The notes below the pieces were generated by a model. The model saw nothing but the letters and a program-made list of their open reading frames with translations. It searched no databases and was not told the DNA's origin. Positions 16,358-26,400 of a stretch of 32,000 nt of DNA are shown piece by piece. Location: NCBI RefSeq assembly GCF_900079115.1, contig NZ_LT549890.1:960001-992000 (forward strand), given 5' to 3'. Both the position numbers and the translations under genes were made by a program. Within the stretch, counting starts at the first letter, position 1. Every line of letters starts with the position of its first letter. The DNA comes from Saccharolobus solfataricus. Its GTDB lineage: Archaea; Thermoproteota; Thermoprotei_A; Sulfolobales; Sulfolobaceae.

Positions 16358-16846
16358 AATTTCGCAGTTTGGTTAGATGGTGTAATTCTAAAAATAGACC
16401 TAACTGATTCACTTTACAAGATCTATAAGGGAGATCAAATTAGCTTACCCATTACGTATGAGGTTAATGATGACTGGATTAAAGTCTACGATAGAATTAG
16501 AGAAGCGAATTTAGCCATACTCTCTCCCTATGACGAAATCACTACAAAGGCTATTTTGGAAAGAATTAACTTGAAACCCACTTACGTTATAGCTAATAGA
16601 GGAAAAACTAAACCATCAAGAGAGCCGTATAGGATTTTAATCGAGGTCACTGGATGGGATCCTTTACAAGTAGTAACTTTAGCTTCTTCTCCCCTAGATT
16701 TGTTATCTGCGAGGTTTTTTGATTCTAGAATTAAAGTTATTTGTGTGAAGAGATATCAAGATTGCTCTAAGTACTCTCCCTTCTTATATTCTGAAAATTT
16801 GGATGACGCTATATCCTCACTTAAGAGACTTAAAATTATAAGGTAA
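16352..16846 (+). CDS. HAD-superfamily-like protein with degenerate catalytic motifs
   Basis: Motif I reads 'VWLDGV' (nucleophile Asp position is Trp). Motif III-like 'KTKPSREPY'. Motif IV reads 'LASSPLDLLSA' instead of GDxxxD. Confidence 0.5.
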   Translation: MVNFAVWLDGVILKIDLTDSLYKIYKGDQISLPITYEVNDDWIKVYDRIREANLAILSPYDEITTKAILERINLKPTYVIANRGKTKPSREPYRILIEVTGWDPLQVVTLASSPLDLLSARFFDSRIKVICVKRYQDCSKYSPFLYSENLDDAISSLKRLKIIR

Positions 16847-16895
16847 GAAAAAGAGTTTTAAATGAATTTATAATTTCTGAATAAAATATAAGAAT

Positions 16896-17246
16896 ATGTC
16901 AATTGAGAATGAGGCTAAGAAGTTAGCTGCCACTTATGCGAGATGGTTGAGGAATCCACAAGATGCTCTCTTTGGGAAAGATGGAGAGGGAGTTGTTCTT
17001 AAAATTTATAAGAAAATAAAGCAAGCTAAAGATAAAAATGAAATAATAGAGATATTAAGGTTAGATCAGTACACAATGGAAAAGACTACGTTTAACGATA
17101 TGACCAGATTTGTAAACGATTTACTAAATAAGATTCAGCAAATGGATGATCAACTCGCTTTGAGATTTACTGTGGAGGTATTTAGATATTTTCAAATAGC
17201 ATTGGCTACTAAAATGGAGGATATGAATAAGGGTTTATGGACGTAG
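16896..17246 (+). CDS. hypothetical protein (116 aa)
   Basis: ORF with coding-like composition and no recognisable motif. Confidence 0.4.
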   Translation: MSIENEAKKLAATYARWLRNPQDALFGKDGEGVVLKIYKKIKQAKDKNEIIEILRLDQYTMEKTTFNDMTRFVNDLLNKIQQMDDQLALRFTVEVFRYFQIALATKMEDMNKGLWT

Positions 17247-17324
17247 AATTTCCAAAAAATCACGTTAACTTTTTTTGCTAAAATAAGGAAAGATTTATAT
17301 ATACGTTTTTTCTGATATATTCAT

Positions 17325-17702
17325 ATGCAAGTAGAGAATATAAGAGTTAGGCTCCCATCTGGAAAAGAAGTTGGATTAGTAGACGCACTAAATTTCTGCT
17401 ATGATATTTCAGATACGGACTTCCAGGTGTTAAAGACATTACTAAATAGTGGACCAAAGACTGAAGACGAACTAGCTGAAATGCTTCATTTAAGTAAGGC
17501 TTCAATAAATAGATCGGTAAATAAGTTAGTTTCCTTGGGTTTTGTAGATAGGGTAAAGGACTCATCATCGAAGGGAGGTAGGCCAAGATATATATACAAA
17601 CCTATAGATGCGGATAGAATTACCACGAAGATTTCAAATGATTTCAAATATTGTGCTGACTTATTCTCTAGCGTGATACCACAAGAATTGAAAGAAAAGT
17701 AA
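17325..17702 (+). CDS. small winged-helix transcription regulator, paralogue R2 (Cys25/Cys110)
   Basis: 'VRLPSGKEV...[17 protein letters not shown]...[29 protein letters not shown]...GGRPRYIYK' aligns along its length with R1 and R3. TTTATATATA box at about 17295-17304. Confidence 0.75.
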
Positions 17703-17713
17703 GTAAATTTATT

Positions 17714-17881
17714 TTAATCTTCGTTTTTCTTACATTTAAACGTAAATCTATCTGGTTCTCTTAAAAAAGCTAACATACATATTTCGGTGTCGAAATAATA
17801 CTTAATGTTACTATGATCAGTAGTATAGGGTGTGCATTCAGCTTCAAATAGCCTATTGCATACTGGGCATACGACCTTCAT
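17714..17881 (-). CDS. unlisted small ORF: YHS/TRASH-like zinc-ribbon protein (55 aa)
   Basis: Hand translation of the minus strand gives MKVVCPVCNRLFEAECTPYTTDHSNIKYYFDTEICMLAFLREPDRFTFKCKKNED*. 'CPVC...YYF(D)TEIC..F..P..F' follows the YHS/TRASH pattern, with the third Cys replaced by Asp. It falls below the 60-aa cut-off of the ORF track. Confidence 0.55.
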   Translation of the reverse strand: MKVVCPVCNRLFEAECTPYTTDHSNIKYYFDTEICMLAFLREPDRFTFKCKKNED

Positions 17882-17928
17882 GCTGTCAAAATAAAATTTT
17901 TTATCTTTATAACGTTAATTCTTTGACT

Positions 17929-18195
17929 ATGATTGAAGAAATGGATTTAACTCCGCTTGAGTGCCCGGAGCCCTTTATGAAGGTAGTTGCTAAACTAATG
18001 AAGATAGAAAATGGAGAACTTAAGATCAGGTATAAGGATCCTAAGTGCAGAGAAATGTTACTAGAGGCTATGAAGTTAATGAATTGTAAGGTTCTTGAGG
18101 ATTCGCAAAATAATGGAGTATTTTTCATGCATATTAAAAAAGAAAGTGGTAGTTCTGAAAAACCTAAAAAAATTGAACTAACTGGAGGTTGCTGA
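17929..18195 (+). CDS. TusA-fold sulfur-carrier-like protein with C-terminal ...TGGC arm (88 aa)
   Basis: ORF track 17830..18195; the ATG at 17929 gives MIEEMDLTPLECPEPFMKV.... It aligns with the canonical TusA in this window (LDARGMYCPGPVLET...), sharing CPxP, 'G E(L/V)L.I...DP' and '...IK(K/R)'. An extra tail 'ESGSSEKPKKIELTGGC' ends the protein. Confidence 0.6.
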   Translation: MIEEMDLTPLECPEPFMKVVAKLMKIENGELKIRYKDPKCREMLLEAMKLMNCKVLEDSQNNGVFFMHIKKESGSSEKPKKIELTGGC

Positions 18196-18513
18196 CAATA
18201 TTTTAGAAGCGCAGTTAGTCAAGTCTTGTTTTATTTTAGTTTCAGCATTATGTATTACCGCATATAGATATTTAGGTCTTCCTATTCTCTTACCTTCTTC
18301 TCCATCTTTATTCCTGACTATTAACCCTATTTCTATTAATTTCTTCAGACTATTTTCAACGGTAGTTTTGCTGAGTTTCATTATCGAAGCTAACTCTTCC
18401 GCGGAAATCGGTCTGTTAAGCTCAACTAATTTAAATAGACACTCGACATCAGTATCTGATATTTTATAACAACATCTTATTACCTCTTTACTTTCTGAAA
18501 GTTTTAAACTCAT
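18178..18513 (-). CDS. small winged-helix transcription regulator, paralogue R3 (Cys14/15/25/101)
   Basis: 'RCCYKISDTDVECLFKLV...SAEELASIMKLSKTTVENSLKKLIEIGLI...IGRPKYLYA' is paralogous to R1 and R2. Co-directional with, and 32 nt downstream of, the CoA-binding protein gene. Confidence 0.75.
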   Translation of the reverse strand: MSLKLSESKEVIRCCYKISDTDVECLFKLVELNRPISAEELASIMKLSKTTVENSLKKLIEIGLIVRNKDGEEGKRIGRPKYLYAVIHNAETKIKQDLTNCASKILSATSS

Positions 18514-18545
18514 AAACTTATTTTATCTTTTCTAGTATTAAAACT

Positions 18546-19010
18546 TTAACTATTTTTTAAGGATGATACTGGGGGAGGATTATTTACATTAAATATTTTT
18601 TTCATATATTCCTTGTACATACACCTATCTTGGATAACTACAAGTCCAGCTTTTCTGGCCTTTTCCGCAGCCTCATCATTTCTAATACCTTCCTGCATCC
18701 ATATTACCTTCACATCGCCAACCTTTTTCACTCTCTCCAAAACTTGATCAACAATTTTAGGTACTTCATTTGATGGTCTAAATATCTCAACAATTTCTAC
18801 CTTATCTGGTACGTCGAGAATTGAGGGATAAGACTTTTTACCTAATATTTCACTCGCGGATGGATTTACTGGGATGACATTATAACCATGATCCATTAAA
18901 AACTTAGGCACTTGAAAAGCTGCCTTGGATGGGTCTTTGGAGAAACCAACAGTTGCAATATTTTTATATTTAAGTAAAACTTCCTTTATGACTTCCTCTT
19001 CGTTCTCCAT
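18546..19010 (-). CDS. CoA-binding domain protein (YccU/YneT-like)
   Basis: 'IATVGFSKDPSKAAFQVPKFLMDHGYNVIPVNP...VEIVEIFRPSNEVP...KVIWMQEGIRNDEA...GLVVIQDRC' is the typical CoA-binding Rossmann-like pattern. Confidence 0.75.
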   Translation of the reverse strand: MENEEEVIKEVLLKYKNIATVGFSKDPSKAAFQVPKFLMDHGYNVIPVNPSASEILGKKSYPSILDVPDKVEIVEIFRPSNEVPKIVDQVLERVKKVGDVKVIWMQEGIRNDEAAEKARKAGLVVIQDRCMYKEYMKKIFNVNNPPPVSSLKNS

Positions 19011-19117
19011 AAAATTTACTAGTATTTTTTGGCTTTTAAATTTTTCTATATCAATTTAATGTTTTTCGAGGATTTGAGAGAAATATTTTTATATTAAGTT
19101 AACTAAAGCATTTAGGA

Positions 19118-20152
19118 ATGAGAGAATTAAGGTTCTTAATTGAACGAAATAGTCAAGCTCATATACTAGCAGGTGAAGAAGCTCTTCTTTTATCAGTCGC
19201 TAATGGTTCCCAACCAATTTTACGATTTGTAATATTTGATCCTCCAGCAGTTCTTGTAGGCTATCATCAAGCGGTTGAGCAAGAAGTAAATATAGAAGAG
19301 GTGAAAAAAAGAGGCTGGGAAATAGGTAGAAGGCCTACTGGGGGAGGTACAATTATAATGGGCCCATGGCAATTGGGTTGGGAAATCTACGCAAACAATG
19401 ATCTATTAGGGTATACTCCAGAAAATGCAATAAAAATTGGTGCTGAAGGCGTTATTAGGGCACTAGACAAGTTGGGTATAAAAGCATCTTTTAGGCCAAA
19501 GAATGATGTAGAGGTAAACGGGAGGAAGATTTCTGGAATCGGAGCATTTTCTGAGGGTAATTACATTGCAGTTACCGGAACAATTCTACTAGATTTTGAT
19601 GTGGACGCGATGATTTCAGTTCTTAGGTTATCTTCTGAAAAACTTAAGGACAAACTAGCCAGAGATTTTAAGGACCGATTAACGTGGGTTAATAAGGAAT
19701 TAAAACGCTCACTTGATATGGAAGAATTAATAAAAATCTCTAGAGATTCCTTTGCTGAAGTGCTAGGGATAAAGCTTTCGGATGACTACTACAATGAATT
19801 TGAAAAGAAGACCATACAAGAATTAGCGTTAAAGTATTCATCGCCCGAATGGATATTTAACTTAAGGCGACCATTAATTGGGGACGATATAAGATACGTA
19901 GAAAGGAAACTTCCAGGTGGACTGGTTAAGGTGCAAGTTAAAATGGTCAGTAAAAATCTAATAGAATCTGTACTAGTAACTGGTGATTTCTTCATAGAAC
20001 CGAGAACTGCCATATATGATTTGGAAGCTAGATTGAAATGGAGTAGAGTTGAAGATTTAGAAAACGAAATCAGAACGTGGTTTAACAGTGTGAAGGCAAT
20101 TGGAATAACTGCTGATGATCTCATAAAAATAATAGAAGAGGTGGTAAGGTGA
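19118..20152 (+). CDS. lplA: Lipoate-protein ligase (LplA-type, sLpl(AB)-like)
   Basis: BPL/LplA/LipB catalytic-domain motifs 'GRRPTGGGTIIMGP' and 'NDVEVNGRKISGIGA' (catalytic Lys), plus a C-terminal accessory domain. Confidence 0.85.
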   Translation: MRELRFLIERNSQAHILAGEEALLLSVANGSQPILRFVIFDPPAVLVGYHQAVEQEVNIEEVKKRGWEIGRRPTGGGTIIMGPWQLGWEIYANNDLLGYTPENAIKIGAEGVIRALDKLGIKASFRPKNDVEVNGRKISGIGAFSEGNYIAVTGTILLDFDVDAMISVLRLSSEKLKDKLARDFKDRLTWVNKELKRSLDMEELIKISRDSFAEVLGIKLSDDYYNEFEKKTIQELALKYSSPEWIFNLRRPLIGDDIRYVERKLPGGLVKVQVKMVSKNLIESVLVTGDFFIEPRTAIYDLEARLKWSRVEDLENEIRTWFNSVKAIGITADDLIKIIEEVVR

Positions 20153-21054
20153 GGCCATTATTCCTTTATGCTCCCAATTTAAAGAGGTATGAGAGTGAGT
20201 TTTTAGATTCTAGAAAAGGTTGGAAATCAATATCTGTTACGGGTACTTATTGTGCATTTAACTGTAAACATTGTGGTAGGCGAGTATTAGAATCAATGAT
20301 TGACGGTTCTACTCAAGGTAAAATTGAGAAAGAAATTATGGAAGCAATTAGTAGAGGAGATGAGGGAATTATACTATCTGGTGGTTCTACATCGAGAGGA
20401 GATGTTCCGATATGGAGGTATTCTAATTTATTGAAGAGATATTCCGATAGACTTACAATAATAGCTCACACTGGTGTAGTTAAAAACGAAGAAATAGCTA
20501 GGAAATTTAAGGAAAGTGGTGTGAAAATCGCATTGTTAGATATGGTATCCGATAATGATGCAATTAAAGATATTTTAGGGCAACCATTTACCGTAGATGA
20601 CTATCTTAATTCATTTAAATATCTAAAAAAGGTTAATATAAAAATAGTTCCTCATGTGATATTAGGATTGAGCAAAAAGGGCTTAGAAGGTGACTTAGAG
20701 TCAATAAGACTGCTTCAGGAAGTTAATCCTGATGCGCTAATAATCGTTGGACTAATGCCATTAGTTGGAACACAGATGAATGCATCTAGACCTCCGACTC
20801 CAGAGGAGATTATAGTCGCCTTAAGAACTGCGAGAGATACTTTCCCTAATATTCCGATAAACTTAGGTTGCGCAAGGCCTAGGGGTAAGTCGTATCTTGA
20901 AGTCGAGAAGTTCGCTGTGGATTACGATATTGACGCAATAGCTTTTCCCGAAGACGAAACGTACGAATACGCAAAAAGTAAGAGGGAAATATTTTTAAGT
21001 AATGCGTGTTGTGGTAATATAGTTTTTGATATATTTAAGGTGATAACCTCATGA
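20149..21054 (+). CDS. Radical-SAM protein, LipS-type lipoyl synthase component (LipS1/LipS2, not discriminated)
   Basis: CX3CX2C 'CAFNCKHCG'. Extra cysteines ('GCARPRG', 'NACCGN') could ligate an auxiliary cluster. 4-nt overlaps with lplA upstream and with the second radical-SAM gene downstream. Confidence 0.7.
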   Translation: MRPLFLYAPNLKRYESEFLDSRKGWKSISVTGTYCAFNCKHCGRRVLESMIDGSTQGKIEKEIMEAISRGDEGIILSGGSTSRGDVPIWRYSNLLKRYSDRLTIIAHTGVVKNEEIARKFKESGVKIALLDMVSDNDAIKDILGQPFTVDDYLNSFKYLKKVNIKIVPHVILGLSKKGLEGDLESIRLLQEVNPDALIIVGLMPLVGTQMNASRPPTPEEIIVALRTARDTFPNIPINLGCARPRGKSYLEVEKFAVDYDIDAIAFPEDETYEYAKSKREIFLSNACCGNIVFDIFKVITS

Positions 21055-22106
21055 CATTACGTCTAATTTCAAGTCCAGATTGGGTAAGACTAAGTTTTGG
21101 CGCAGATATGGTCTTAGGTTTTTCTTCTGGAGTGTTTTTAAAGGGAGCTCTGAATACCACGATAAATCTGTTGCAATATTACCCAGATGGATGCAAAGCA
21201 AATTGCTCATATTGTGGCCAAGCTAGAGAGGTCGCCAATGGTCCAGAATGTAAAACGTTAATAAGGGTAGAATGGCCACTTAGACCTCTAAATGAGGTAT
21301 TAAAGAGAATTTATGAGAGACAAGGCAATCCAGAATACGGTCTTCAAAGGATATGTATAGGACAATTGGCCCATCCTAGGGCATCTCCAGATGCCATAGA
21401 GATAACGAGAAGGATAAGAAATGCGGGGATTGAGCTACAAATTTCAGAATTAGTTACAGCAACTTATACTTTCAAACATCACATGATTGAAATGAGGAAA
21501 GCTGGAGCTGATATGATTGATGTTGCAATAGACGCGGCAAATGAGAAGGTGTTTGAAGAGCTAAGGGGTAAGAAAGCTAGAAGCATGCACTCATGGAAGA
21601 GATATTTAGAGGCAATAGATGAAGCTGTGGAAGTATTTGGTAAAAAGAACGCTGGTATTCACTTAATAATAGGTTTAGGGGAGAGTGAGAAAGACGCAGT
21701 CAACCTTATGTGGTACGCTCATAGTAGGGGAGCTAAAATTTCACTCTTTGCGTTTTATCCAGAGGCTGGTACTCCAATGGAAAAACGAAAACCAGTCCCA
21801 GTTCACGTCTATAGAAGGATGCAAATAGCTAGATGGCTGATTGAAAATGATATTGTCGATATTAATGCGTTCAAGTTTGACGACAAGGGAGAACTAATAG
21901 ATGTAGAAATACCGTCCGATATAACCTTAAATGAATTAGCCCCAGCATTTATGACTAGTGGATGTCCAGGTTGTAACAGACCATATTCCAATGAGAGGCC
22001 AGGTAGAGTATTAAAGAACGTTCCTTGGTATCTAGACAGAGAAATGACTTTACGTTCAATTAAAGCTTCCAGATTAGATTCCTTAATAAAGAAAGTAGTA
22101 AGGTAA
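21051..22106 (+). CDS. Radical-SAM protein, biotin-synthase-like LipS-type lipoyl synthase component
   Basis: CX3CX2C 'CKANCSYCG', and a C-terminal 'TSGCPGCNRPYSN' Cys pair. Sits in the lplA operon. Confidence 0.7.
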   Translation: MTLRLISSPDWVRLSFGADMVLGFSSGVFLKGALNTTINLLQYYPDGCKANCSYCGQAREVANGPECKTLIRVEWPLRPLNEVLKRIYERQGNPEYGLQRICIGQLAHPRASPDAIEITRRIRNAGIELQISELVTATYTFKHHMIEMRKAGADMIDVAIDAANEKVFEELRGKKARSMHSWKRYLEAIDEAVEVFGKKNAGIHLIIGLGESEKDAVNLMWYAHSRGAKISLFAFYPEAGTPMEKRKPVPVHVYRRMQIARWLIENDIVDINAFKFDDKGELIDVEIPSDITLNELAPAFMTSGCPGCNRPYSNERPGRVLKNVPWYLDREMTLRSIKASRLDSLIKKVVR

Positions 22107-22892
22107 AAATGTTCATAAAGGATGGCTCTTTAATAAGCTATTTTTCAAGTGGTTTTCCTTCACATGTTAGAGTTAAGGCAATAGATATCTCATCTCCAGA
22201 CTATGAAGTATTTTACTCCCCGGTTAAAGGTGAGGTCGTAGACATAGTGCGATTTGAAATAGGACGGCCAAATAGGTTCTCTACTATAAATTACGACTAT
22301 ATGATCTTAATTAATAGTGAAAATCAAAGAATTATTAAAGTCCTTCACGTTTTACCGTGGGTGGAGAAGGGAGAATACGTTAAAGAAGGGCGAGTAATAG
22401 GGGAGTTCCTTCAAACGCCTTATACTGGAGGTGATTTTCCTCACGCCCATATTGAAGGTATTACAATAAGATTTCCTAAGATTTCAAATTATAGAGATTC
22501 TAAAATCGGTATAGTGCATAAGAAGGACAAGGAGTTTTTCGATGTCATAATAAAAGATTTTGCGGAAGCTGGGAAGCTTAGAGGATTAGGTTGCTGTGGA
22601 GGGCTATTAAATGCGAGTTTACCATATGCATGCTATGGTGGAATTATTGGCGGATTCACCGGTCAACTATCACTTTATGACCTAAATTTAGGATACTTAG
22701 CGGTTAGACGTAAAACTTACCTCTTGTTTGAAGGTAGGAAGAACTTATTGAGAAATTGGGAAGAAGATGCGTCATTCAAGGTTCTCGTAAATAAACCTAT
22801 ATGTGGTTTTGCGTTTATGGAGATTGTCTTATCTCATAATGGTTATCCTATGATTAGATTCTTTTTAAACAATGTTAATTTGAGTGAAGGTG

Positions 22893-25539
<2,647 letters not shown>

Positions 25540-26055
25540 GTATCACAGTTGAAGGGAATCCCCCTGGGATTTCCACCTTATCGTTAAATATGATTTTAGG
25601 CACACTTAAAACCCTATACTTGTCTCTTTCCTCTTCATACTCTGTTGCGTCATATATCTCCAGTTTAACATTTTCATTTATCTGAGAAACTTGATATAAG
25701 AACTCCGCGGTAATTGGACATTTAGTACAATCTGGAGTTACAAACAATTTAACGCTTCCTCTTACTTGCTTTGCTAATTCCACCTCCCTTTCATCTAGGT
25801 TAACAACGTTATTAGAGATTCTTACCAATGAGTTAAGAAACGGCCATAATTCATTTGCTATCGGAATACCATAATAAGTATAGTAAACCCTATCTCCCCT
25901 CTTAACTTTAACAAGAGGTTTTTTACAATTATTTAGAGTTTCAACGTTAACGTAATTTTTAAACTCGTGAAATAAACTATCTCCATTACATTGCTGTATT
26001 GTTATATCTCCCTTTTTAATCGCGTTAAGATATTCCTTGATAACGTAATCATAGC

Positions 26056-26400
26056 TCATATGAAATACCTCAAACTTTCTATACCTTCTAGTGACTTAAT
26101 AATTGAGTTTTCTAAATCTTCTCTATTTTGAAACCTTTTAATAATATAAATGGTTGTACCATTCAATTCATATTCTAGTGGTGCTCCTAATCCTTGAGAG
26201 ATTCTAGATGCTCTAGCATATCTTGTTCCCATTCCTATAAGATCATCCAAACTCTCCTTACCAGTGGGCAATGGAATTGGTAACAATATAGTTAAGTTCT
26301 CAATAAAAAACTCATAATCATCCATTACCACTCTTTCCCTTTTTCCCTCATTAACTAGGGAAAATCCCTTCTTCTTTAAATAATCCTCAAGTTTTCCCAT
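26056..26400 (-). CDS. hypothetical protein (114 aa) between the E3-like and PDO-like genes
   Basis: ORF 26056..26424. The ATG at 26400 (MGKLEDYLKKKG...) is preferred, overlapping the E3-like gene by 14 nt instead of 38 nt. No family recognised. Confidence 0.45.
   Translation of the reverse strand: MGKLEDYLKKKGFSLVNEGKRERVVMDDYEFFIENLTILLPIPLPTGKESLDDLIGMGTRYARASRISQGLGAPLEYELNGTTIYIIKRFQNREDLENSIIKSLEGIESLRYFI

Noticed and set aside
17884-17927. GTCAAA ... TTTGAC inverted 6-mers bracketing the intergenic region between the YHS-like and TusA-like genes
   Set aside because: The arms are only 6 bp with a 32-nt spacer, which is not distinguishable from chance. It could be revisited if footprinting implicates this region.
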